This document shows, piece by piece, positions 1 to 6,655 of a stretch of 42,278 nucleotides of DNA (positions are counted from its first letter, which is position 1; each line of letters begins with the position of its first letter). The stretch comes from a virus. The translations under genes and the position numbers were made by a program. A model generated the notes under the pieces. The model worked only from the letters and a program-made list of their open reading frames with translations, was not told the DNA's origin and searched no databases. Where the stretch lies: the IMG/VR virus record IMGVR_UViG_3300045988_021594, one strand, 5' to 3'.

Positions 1-119
1 CATCACTCTGGCTCTGATCGTCGAGAACCAGCTTGGTGGTGATGGTCTCTTCAGCATCGTCGCAACACCGGACAAGATCACCGTCCTCGGTGATGTGTGC
101 GTAGATCGTCCAGATCTGG
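1..119. repeat. Terminal direct repeat, copy 1 (identical to 42160-42278)
   Basis: Compared base by base; identity runs exactly to both window edges. Confidence 0.95.
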
Positions 120-214
120 CAATCACGGCTTGCGGATTCAAAATCCTCATATTCAATCTCGGTGCCGTTCTCCATGACCTTGGTTGCGAACTCTTCAGCA
201 GTCAGCTTTTTCAT
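1..214 (-). CDS. Small hyper-acidic protein A, N-terminal part (gene wraps the circular junction; the rest is at 42065-42159)
   Basis: ATG at 214-212 is preceded by GGAGGTAACTAAA. The frame continues across the junction to TAA at 42065-42067, giving 309 nt or 102 aa, about 28 of them D/E by my count. Confidence 0.7.
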   Translation of the reverse strand, partial: MKKLTAEEFATKVMENGTEIEYEDFESASRDCQIWTIYAHITEDGDLVRCCDDAEETITTKLVLDDQSQSD

Positions 215-260
215 TTTAGTTACCTCCAGTTGATTGTGTGTGGTGTCTTTCACTGTCTAT

Positions 261-321
261 ATTATACGCTCATTGAGCGTATTTATCAAGGCTTTTTGCG
301 AATTTTTATGCTCATTGAGCG
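261..321 (-). promoter_or_regulatory. Promoter P_A with two palindromic operator copies
   Basis: Minus strand reads TTGATA (289-284), 17 nt, TATAAT (266-261). The perfect palindrome CGCTCA-A-TGAGCG lies at 267-279 inside the spacer, with a 12/13 copy at 309-321. Confidence 0.7.
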
Positions 322-322
322 T

Positions 323-366
323 AAAAAATCTCTAGCAGCCTTGTGCCAGACCGCCAGAGATTTTTT
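323..366. terminator. Bidirectional intrinsic terminator downstream of the HTH gene
   Basis: AAAAAATCTCT (323-333) pairs with AGAGATTTTTT (356-366). An A-run and a T-run flank the stem. Confidence 0.6.
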
Positions 367-415
367 ACTTTTTCTTCAGCTCTTCAAGGGCTTTTTTAGA
401 TCATCCTGCCATCCA

Positions 416-739
416 TTACAGAAGTCCATAATGCTCTGCCAGCAAAAAGCGGATGTATACAGGGCACTCTCTTGTCTCACCGCACCAGCCTTGCAGTGTA
501 CGATAAGGAACCCCGGCCATCTTGGAAAAGGCCGTCTGCGTGAGGCCTGTCTCTTCCACCATCTCTTTAAAAGACATGTGGGCGATCTCCCAAATATTTT
601 CAAGCTTAGTCTTTTGAGCGTCCAGATCAACGCACCCAGAGGCATCGTCCTCCACGCTGAGGGTGACGTTGTTCAAAAAGATTTCTTTAACGGCCTTTGG
701 GTCAGATGCCATGACGAAAAGTTCAGCTGCATTATACAT
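416..739 (-). CDS. HTH (XRE/Cro-like) DNA-binding protein
   Basis: AAGGAGA SD lies upstream of the ATG. A helix-turn-helix (LTQTAFSKMAGVPYRTLQGW) sits in the C-terminal half. Confidence 0.75.
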   Translation of the reverse strand: MYNAAELFVMASDPKAVKEIFLNNVTLSVEDDASGCVDLDAQKTKLENIWEIAHMSFKEMVEETGLTQTAFSKMAGVPYRTLQGWCGETRECPVYIRFLLAEHYGLL

Positions 740-764
740 TGCAATTCTCCTTTTTTGATTGATA

Positions 765-806
765 AATTCCCCGGGTGGTGTTTGCGCATCACTCGGGGAT
801 TTTTTA
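765..806. terminator. Hairpin plus T-tract, copy 1 of a duplicated terminator (copy 2 at 42018-42062)
   Basis: TCCCCGGGTG pairs with CACTCGGGGA (one mismatch) and is followed by TTTTTT on the plus strand. Only a weak T-run follows on the minus strand, so read-through into 416-739 is plausible. Confidence 0.5.
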
Positions 807-807
807 T

Positions 808-981
808 TTACTGCTCGCTCTCTTCAAACATTTTGAAATATTTCTCGTACTCTTCCCACTCTTCGGGATCTGCCGGGTCATCACAAGCCGGGCTGCAATA
901 CTCTGCAATCCACTCTTCCCTGTCAGTGCTTCTCCAACCGCCATCGAACATCGCTGCTGCACTGCTGTAATAATCTTTCAT
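808..981 (-). CDS. Small hyper-acidic protein B (57 aa)
   Basis: The internal ATG (M14 of track ORF 808-1020) is preceded by GGAGGTAACTAAA. 17 of 57 residues are D/E. Confidence 0.7.
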   Translation of the reverse strand: MKDYYSSAAAMFDGGWRSTDREEWIAEYCSPACDDPADPEEWEEYEKYFKMFEESEQ

Positions 982-1027
982 TTTAGTTACCTCCATTTGA
1001 TTGTGTGTGGTATCTTTCACTGTCTAT

Positions 1028-1088
1028 ATTATACGCTCATTGAGCGTATTTGTCAAGGTTTTTCACGAATTTTTATGCTCATTGAGCG
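1028..1088 (-). promoter_or_regulatory. Promoter P_B with two palindromic operator copies (duplicate of P_A)
   Basis: Minus strand reads TTGACA (1056-1051), 17 nt, TATAAT (1033-1028). Operator copies lie at 1034-1046 and 1076-1088. Confidence 0.75.
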
Positions 1089-1137
1089 CCTTTTTTCGCC
1101 TGCGCGGCCCCGCTGCCGTGCGGGCGCTTTTTTATTT

Positions 1138-1165
1138 TTGGCACTCGTTTGGCATTCGTTGGCAC
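1138..1165 (+). promoter_or_regulatory. Three helically phased TTGGCA(C/T)TC repeats upstream of the accessory operon
   Basis: TTGGCAC starts at 1138, TTGGCAT at 1149 and TTGGCAC at 1159, a spacing of 11 and 10 bp. Confidence 0.4.
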
Positions 1166-1214
1166 TCACCGCGGTTTAAAAAAGTACACTGGGCGCAAAG
1201 GGAGGGAGTGCACC

Positions 1215-1592
1215 ATGTGGCACAGGTTCAACCCGAACCCCCAAGGAAACGGCGTGGGGGATTGCACCGTGCGGGCCGTGGCAGCCGCAACAAGCCAAGA
1301 CTGGGAGAAAGCTTACCTTGGGCTTGCGCTTACTGGCTTTATCCTCGGCGATATGCCCAGCGCCAACCGCACATGGGGCGCATACCTCCAAAAACGCGGG
1401 TTCAAGCGCCGCATAGTGGAAGCGGATTGCACCACGTGTTACACCGTGGCGGATTTTGCCCGGGAGTACCCGCGCGGCGTGTATGTGCTGGGCTGCTCCG
1501 GGCACGTCTTGACCGTCATCAACGGTGAGTGGTGGGACAGCTGGGACAGTGGCGCAGAGTGCCCGATATATTACTGGTACAAGGAGGACTAA
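1215..1592 (+). CDS. Hypothetical protein with a possible Cys-His-Asp catalytic arrangement
   Basis: GGGAGGGAG SD precedes the internal ATG (M23 of track ORF 1149-1592). Motifs GDCTVRA, SGHVLTV and DSWDSG are present. Confidence 0.7.
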   Translation: MWHRFNPNPQGNGVGDCTVRAVAAATSQDWEKAYLGLALTGFILGDMPSANRTWGAYLQKRGFKRRIVEADCTTCYTVADFAREYPRGVYVLGCSGHVLTVINGEWWDSWDSGAECPIYYWYKED

Positions 1593-1595
1593 GCG

Positions 1596-2036
1596 ATGCC
1601 ATACATTCCATACGGATACCAGCCTGGCTATTATGGGCAGGCAATGCCGGATCAGCTTGCACAGCTGCGGCAGAACGCCTACCAGCAGCCCATGATGGGG
1701 CAAACGGCGCAGCAGACGCAGGGCACGCCGTCCATCATCTGGGTGCAAGGCGAGGAGGGCGCAAAAGCATACATGGTTGCCGCAGGAAACAGCGTGCTCC
1801 TGATGGACAGCGAAAACAGCGCATTTTACATCAAGAGCACCGATGCAAGCGGGATGCCGCTTCCCCTCCGGGTGTTTGACTACAAGGAACGCACCACAGC
1901 CGCAAAAACGCCGCCACAAACGGCGCAGCAGCCCGGCGTGGAGTTTGTCACACGGGCAGAGTTTGACGCGCTGGCAGCCCGCTGTGCGGCACTTGAGAAG
2001 CAAGAGCCTACAAAACCTGAAACGGAGGTCAAATAA
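1596..2036 (+). CDS. Hypothetical protein with a Y/Q/P-rich N-terminus
   Basis: AAGGAGGA SD; sits 3 nt after the previous stop. Confidence 0.7.
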   Translation: MPYIPYGYQPGYYGQAMPDQLAQLRQNAYQQPMMGQTAQQTQGTPSIIWVQGEEGAKAYMVAAGNSVLLMDSENSAFYIKSTDASGMPLPLRVFDYKERTTAAKTPPQTAQQPGVEFVTRAEFDALAARCAALEKQEPTKPETEVK

Positions 2037-2038
2037 GT

Positions 2039-2263
2039 ATGGCAAACCCTCTTTTTAACGCACTGGGCGGCGGTATGCCCGCCATGCCAAACCCTATGGG
2101 TCAGTTCGGGCAGATGATGCAGCAGTTCCAGCAGTTCCGTGCAAACTTTCAAGGCGACCCGAAAGCAGAGGTGCAAAAGCTGCTGCAATCCGGCAAAATG
2201 TCACAAAACCAGCTGAACCAGCTGCAGGCGATGGCGCAGCAGTTTCAGCGGTTCCTCCATTAA
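2039..2263 (+). CDS. Small Q/M-rich hypothetical protein
   Basis: GGAGG SD; tightly packed after the previous gene. Confidence 0.6.
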   Translation: MANPLFNALGGGMPAMPNPMGQFGQMMQQFQQFRANFQGDPKAEVQKLLQSGKMSQNQLNQLQAMAQQFQRFLH

Positions 2264-2326
2264 GTCGTAACCGTGGCCACGGTTCAAGCATAAAAATCAT
2301 TTAAAACACACGAAAGGAGTACAAAA

Positions 2327-3103
2327 ATGTCTCTTTCTTCCGATTCTGCGGTTCTGACCATGCCTGTTCAGCCCGCAAACACCAACGGCGGCAACGGCTT
2401 TGGCTTTGGCAATGATGGCGCATGGTGGATCATCATCCTTTTCCTGTTCGCTTTCTGCGGCGGCTGGGGCGGCAACTGGGGCGGCAATGGCAACACCGGT
2501 GCCGGCGTCGTGGACGGCTACGTCCTGACCTCCGATTTTGCCAACATCGAGCGCAAGATGGATGGTATCAACAACGGCATGTGTGATGGCTTCTACCAGC
2601 AGGCGCAGCTTGTCAACGGCGTGCAGCAGACCGTGAGCAACGGCTTTATGTCCGCAGAGATCAGCCGCGCAAACCAGCAGGCGGCGTTCATGCAGCAGCT
2701 GTTTGCCATGCAGATGCAGCAGCAGGAGTGCTGCTGCGAGAACCGCTCTGCCATTCAGGGCGTCAACTACAATCTGGCCACCCAGTCCTGCGAGACCCGG
2801 AACACGGTGCAGAACACCACCCGTGACATCATCGATAACCAGAACCAGAACGCCCGCGCCATCCTTGACGCACTGACCGCACAGCGCATCGAGGCAAAGG
2901 ACGCAAAGATTGCTGAGCAGGGCCAGCAGCTGTTCTTAGCACATCTTGCGACATCTCAGGCAGCCCAGAACGAAACGCTCAAGGCCTACATGAGCGGTCA
3001 GCTGGCCTACTACAACCCCCGCCCTGTGCCCGCTTTCCCGGTTCCTGCACCTTACCAGTACGGTAACTGCGGCACCGGTTGCGGCTGCAACGGTTGCGCC
3101 TAA
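2327..3103 (+). CDS. Membrane protein with a Gly/Trp-rich N-terminus, a Q/N-rich core and a Cys-Gly C-terminal tail
   Basis: AAAGGAG SD. Hydrophobic segment WWIIILFLFAFCGGW; internal CCC; C-terminal GNCGTGCGCNGCA. Confidence 0.7.
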   Translation: MSLSSDSAVLTMPVQPANTNGGNGFGFGNDGAWWIIILFLFAFCGGWGGNWGGNGNTGAGVVDGYVLTSDFANIERKMDGINNGMCDGFYQQAQLVNGVQQTVSNGFMSAEISRANQQAAFMQQLFAMQMQQQECCCENRSAIQGVNYNLATQSCETRNTVQNTTRDIIDNQNQNARAILDALTAQRIEAKDAKIAEQGQQLFLAHLATSQAAQNETLKAYMSGQLAYYNPRPVPAFPVPAPYQYGNCGTGCGCNGCA

Positions 3104-3170
3104 CCGAATAACGGCAACTGACTACAATTTGTAGCCTGTTCAGCCCCAGAGCTGATTTTGCAAACCAGAG

Positions 3171-3197
3171 CGCCGGGGCAGCAGTCCCGGCGTTTTT
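3171..3197 (+). terminator. Intrinsic terminator
   Basis: CGCCGGG (3171-3177) pairs with CCCGGCG (3186-3192) and is followed by TTTTT. Confidence 0.6.
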
Positions 3198-3217
3198 ATT
3201 ATGAAAGGAGCATTCAA

Positions 3218-3439
3218 ATGACCGTAACAGACTTGAAGCAGCAGTTTGTTGACCATCTGGCCAACATGGACAAAAACAAAATGAGCATGACGGATCTGAG
3301 TTTATACAGTTCTATTTTGCATACTTTGATAGACACAGAACGACCGGACTTTTCAGCTTCCTGCATGGAAGTGCTGAAAAACATCTACGCAAGTAAAGCG
3401 GGGGTCTGCGCAGAAAAGGAGGACGCGAATAATGGCTGA
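3218..3439 (+). CDS. Hypothetical protein (73 aa)
   Basis: GAAAGGAG SD precedes the internal ATG (M21 of track ORF 3158-3439). Confidence 0.6.
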   Translation: MTVTDLKQQFVDHLANMDKNKMSMTDLSLYSSILHTLIDTERPDFSASCMEVLKNIYASKAGVCAEKEDANNG

Positions 3440-3854
3440 ATTTACCTCTACCACAATCCAGACCGTGGCAGCCGGTCAGAATCTTCCCTTGACCGAAACA
3501 GCTATCAAGGGGTCAAACTGCATCAACCACCGAGCAGGTGCTGGCAATGTGACGCTGCGTGGGATTACGAACCAGTGCAAGGCACTGTTCAAAGTGAGTT
3601 TTGGCGGCAACATCGCCATCCCTACCGGTGGCACTGTGGGCGCTATCTCTGTGGCGCTGGCTGTCGGCGGTGAGTCGCTGACCAGTGCGACAGCCATTGT
3701 CACCCCGGCGGCAGTCGAAAATTACTTCAATGTTTTCATGGCCGCGTTCATCGAGGTGCCGCGCGGCTGCTGCGTGACCGTGGCGGTTAAAAACACCAGT
3801 ACGCAGGCAGTCAGCATTGCAAACAGCAATTTGATTGTTGAGCGGGTAGCATAA
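3432..3854 (+). CDS. Hypothetical protein, possibly a C1q/TNF-like (BclA C-terminal-domain-like) jelly roll
   Basis: Overlaps the upstream stop. The alternating beta-strand pattern (VTLRG, FKVSFGGNI, ISVALAVGGE, VTVAVKN, LIVERV) resembles BclA-CTD proteins; this is judged by eye only. Confidence 0.6.
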   Translation: MAEFTSTTIQTVAAGQNLPLTETAIKGSNCINHRAGAGNVTLRGITNQCKALFKVSFGGNIAIPTGGTVGAISVALAVGGESLTSATAIVTPAAVENYFNVFMAAFIEVPRGCCVTVAVKNTSTQAVSIANSNLIVERVA

Positions 3855-3870
3855 GAAAGGAGATAAAGTC

Positions 3871-4272
3871 ATGCTGGATAAACTGAATCATCTGAAAGAC
3901 GAAATGTGCGAAGAGCTCATGGATCTGACCGACAAAAAGAACCGATCCCCGGGCGATGTTGAGATGATCGGCGAAATCGTGGACATCATTCTGGACATCC
4001 ACCGCATCGAGGACTACTGCGAGGGCGGCGAGTACAGCCGTGCAGGCGAGTGGGAAGCTGACATGCGCGGATCTTTCAGCCGCGATGCCGGAAACGGTTA
4101 CAACCGGGGCAACAGCTATGCCAACCGAGGCCGTCATTATGTGCGCGGGCACTACTCCCGCACGGATGGCCGTGAGCGTATAATCTCTGACATCGAGGAC
4201 ATGATGCAGGACGCCACCGGCGCAGAGCGCGATGCCTGCAAGCGGGCCGCTGACATCTTGCGCAACGCATAA
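3871..4272 (+). CDS. Hypothetical protein with an R/G/N/Y-rich central segment
   Basis: AAAGGAGA SD. Confidence 0.65.
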   Translation: MLDKLNHLKDEMCEELMDLTDKKNRSPGDVEMIGEIVDIILDIHRIEDYCEGGEYSRAGEWEADMRGSFSRDAGNGYNRGNSYANRGRHYVRGHYSRTDGRERIISDIEDMMQDATGAERDACKRAADILRNA

Positions 4273-4289
4273 GAAAGGGGGCGGCAGGC

Positions 4290-4619
4290 ATGGACATTGA
4301 CGAGATCAACACCCATATTCACAAGCTGAAATGCGGTGCAACGGACTGGCAGAGCGTGGAAAAGCTTGCCGCCCTCTGCACTGTGCGGGACGAGCTGGAA
4401 GAAGCGCACACACCTGAAGCGCAGATCCAGGCATTGCCGCCCGCGACTTATGCGGCGGCGTACTCCACAGCAGCGGAACCGCAAAGCGACTTTGTGGCGG
4501 CTGCCAGCTCTGTGCCTTTCGGCGGTCTGATGCAGGTGCTTGACGAGCACATGAAGGCAATAAAGCTGGTGTACCCGAAAGAGTATGAGCTAGTAATGCG
4601 GAAGATAAGTGACTTGTAA
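4290..4619 (+). CDS. Hypothetical protein
   Basis: AAAGGGGG SD; last gene of the accessory operon. Confidence 0.65.
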   Translation: MDIDEINTHIHKLKCGATDWQSVEKLAALCTVRDELEEAHTPEAQIQALPPATYAAAYSTAAEPQSDFVAAASSVPFGGLMQVLDEHMKAIKLVYPKEYELVMRKISDL

Positions 4620-4674
4620 AAAGACATAAAATGTGCTATTTTTACATAAGCTTCAGCGTTTGGGCACGAGGCAC

Positions 4675-4703
4675 ATAATCTAACAATAATCTGACAAATC
4701 AAT
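4675..4703 (+). repeat. attP arm repeat, copy 1 (ATAATCTAACAATAATCTGACAAATCAAT)
   Basis: Near-identical direct repeat of 4868-4897, flanking the tRNA-like core. Confidence 0.6.
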
Positions 4704-4731
4704 GATTATTTGCATAAATACGTCAAATAAA

Positions 4732-4781
4732 CTTGATTTGTAATCAGTGGGTTGCAGGTTCAACTCCTGTCACCAGCTCCA
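4732..4781 (+). other. attP core: 3' portion (anticodon arm to CCA) of a tRNA-Thr(UGU)-like gene
   Basis: Anticodon loop TTTGTAA, T-arm GCAGG-TTCAACT-CCTGT, and acceptor 3' strand CACCAGC plus T-CCA. No matching 5' acceptor strand or D-arm lies upstream. Confidence 0.7.
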
Positions 4782-4788
4782 AAAATAA

Positions 4789-4832
4789 ACGCACGAACGA
4801 TGAAAACGACTCGTCCGTGCGTTTTTCTTTTT
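4789..4832 (+). terminator. Intrinsic terminator after the tRNA fragment
   Basis: ACGCACG (4789-4795) pairs with CGTGCGT (4816-4822) and is followed by TTTTTCTTTTT. Confidence 0.65.
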
Positions 4833-4867
4833 GCTTAAAATACCTTAAAATCTCCTAAATGAACGTG

Positions 4868-4897
4868 ATAATCTAACAAACAATCTAACAAATCAAT
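4868..4897 (+). repeat. attP arm repeat, copy 2 (ATAATCTAACAAACAATCTAACAAATCAAT)
   Basis: Direct repeat of 4675-4703; it overlaps the integrase stop codon. Confidence 0.6.
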
Positions 4898-6026
4898 ACT
4901 TCATTTTTTGCATTTCCCGCAACAGATAAGCCGGGTCATTGTGGGAGACGTACTTGTTGGCTGTGGTGGAGAAATTTTTGTGACCCAAGATTGCCTGCAC
5001 GGCGGTCTTTTCCAGGCCGCACTCCACCATCTTGCTGCTGGCTGTATGGCGCAGCGTGTGCGGATGCACGCCCTCTATATGGCATTCCTGCATCAACGCC
5101 CGGAACTTTGTAGCCACGTTACGCTTGTCCAGCTTTGTGCCGGCTTTGGACGGTATCAGCCATTCACACCCGCTGTCCATCATCCAAAAGGCAATGATCT
5201 TGTAAATGGGCTCAAGGATGGGGATGATGCGGTTCTTGCCCGCTTCTGTCTTTTCACCGCCCTGCATGTACCGCTCTTTCAGGTGCACGTCCTCGCAGCG
5301 CATGGAAAGCAGCTCGTCAATGCGCATACCGGTATAAAGCAGCACCATTGCGATTTGCGCCGTCTGCCCAAACTTTGGGTCGTCTTGTCGGCCGCTGATC
5401 CGCTCGATCTCTTGGGCGGTCAGGGTGCGTTCTTCCTTGCCTGTAGCCGCTGGGAGCTGCAAGAGCATAGCATAGTTTTTGTTTATGATGTCCTGCGCCA
5501 TAGCCCACTCGCAGATCTGGCTGAAAAGTGTGCGCTGCTTTTCGCAGGAGCTGCGTGAAAGGCCCTTTTCCACCATTGCGTCAATGACCTGTTGATAATC
5601 TGCCGCTTTCAAGTCCCGCAATTGTCGGTCGTATAGCGGCGCAGCCTTTGCATAGGCCAGCTCGTACCCCTTTTTCATGTCAGTACTGAGCTTGTCAAAC
5701 TTGGGCTGCACTTTCCATTGGGCGTAGGCATCCGCAAAAGTGCATTTCAGACGCGCTGCGGGGGTGTTCTGGGCGTTGTAAGCGTCCAGTGCTTGTACTG
5801 CTTCGCCCGGCGTCGCAAACGTCCCCAGAACGTCTCGCTTGGCTGTCAGGGCCACATACGGCTTTGACCTCGTCCCGATCAGTTTATAAACGCTGCCGCT
5901 GCCCTTTGGGCGGCGGCGTTTTTTTCTTTGCTGCGGGGCGGCTTCCGGCTGCTTCTTCCCGCACCACGGACAAAAAGAAGCACCATCCGGGATCTCTTTC
6001 CGGCAGCATGGTCTCACGCATTTCAT
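4893..6026 (-). CDS. int: Tyrosine recombinase (phage integrase) with an N-terminal Cys4 zinc ribbon
   Basis: C-terminal HPHTLRHT, LGH and NKYVSH motifs match the R-H-R-Y catalytic set. The N-terminus reads CVRPCC...CPWCG. It lies adjacent to attP. Confidence 0.9.
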   Translation of the reverse strand: MKCVRPCCRKEIPDGASFCPWCGKKQPEAAPQQRKKRRRPKGSGSVYKLIGTRSKPYVALTAKRDVLGTFATPGEAVQALDAYNAQNTPAARLKCTFADAYAQWKVQPKFDKLSTDMKKGYELAYAKAAPLYDRQLRDLKAADYQQVIDAMVEKGLSRSSCEKQRTLFSQICEWAMAQDIINKNYAMLLQLPAATGKEERTLTAQEIERISGRQDDPKFGQTAQIAMVLLYTGMRIDELLSMRCEDVHLKERYMQGGEKTEAGKNRIIPILEPIYKIIAFWMMDSGCEWLIPSKAGTKLDKRNVATKFRALMQECHIEGVHPHTLRHTASSKMVECGLEKTAVQAILGHKNFSTTANKYVSHNDPAYLLREMQKMKY

Positions 6027-6029
6027 GGC

Positions 6030-6617
6030 TTACTCCTTTTTCTGCCCGATATATCCGAATGCGCCATTTTCAGCAGCGGCTCTTCCGGCCTTGTAGTTGA
6101 TCTTCAAGTCGTCAATGGGAGGGTGCGGAGCGTCCGGGCATGGGTCTAATCCCATGCTCTGGGCAAAGTTGTATTGGTCGATGATTGTTCCGCATACGCT
6201 GACCCGGTTATTGAGCGGGCAGTGCAAGTTGGCTGCCACCTCGGAGATCACCGCGGGCGGGCTGCTGCCGTGACTGCCTTTCAGTATGAAGAGAAGCAGC
6301 CTTTTTGTCAGCGGCGGCAGTTTTACCACGATACGGCGCAACTCCGCGTTTAGCTCATCGTCGGCCTTTCCGTCATCCGGCACTTTGTACAGATCCGGGT
6401 GGGTCATCTCCATAAACACCGTGATGGGCGACACCCCACACGCCGTGCACCAGTCCATGATCTCGTCACTGTCCGGGCTGGTGCAGCCTTTTTCCCAGCT
6501 CTGCACGGTGCGTTCTCCTTTTTCGATGCGCCTTGCGATCTCCACTTGGCTCAGGCCGGCAGACACCCGTGCTTTTGCAATCGCTTTCCCGATTTGGCTC
6601 GCCGTAAAATAACTCAT
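6030..6617 (-). CDS. XRE-family HTH regulator co-transcribed with the integrase
   Basis: GGGGG SD precedes M33 of track ORF 6030-6713. HTH reads LSQVEIARRIEKGERTVQSWEKG. The C-terminal domain shows no S24 peptidase motifs that I can see. Confidence 0.8.
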   Translation of the reverse strand: MSYFTASQIGKAIAKARVSAGLSQVEIARRIEKGERTVQSWEKGCTSPDSDEIMDWCTACGVSPITVFMEMTHPDLYKVPDDGKADDELNAELRRIVVKLPPLTKRLLLFILKGSHGSSPPAVISEVAANLHCPLNNRVSVCGTIIDQYNFAQSMGLDPCPDAPHPPIDDLKINYKAGRAAAENGAFGYIGQKKE

Positions 6618-6655
6618 ACTTTCGCCCCCATAATTCCGGTGTGTTTTTAACAAAA

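Noticed and set aside
267-279. SOS (LexA/Cheo) box interpretation of the CGCTCAATGAGCG palindromes
   Set aside because: The sequence does not match the Gram-positive GAAC-N4-GTTC consensus, so a phage-specific regulator is more likely.
95-970. 291-aa plus-strand ORF covering the left end
   Set aside because: It runs straight through two promoters, two terminators and three better-supported minus-strand genes that have SD sequences. Its translation is low-complexity (L/F/C/S-rich) and it has no SD of its own.
4732-4781. Functional tRNA-Thr gene
   Set aside because: Only the anticodon arm, variable loop, T-arm and 3' acceptor are present. No complementary 5' acceptor strand or D-arm exists upstream, so it is interpreted as the attP core.
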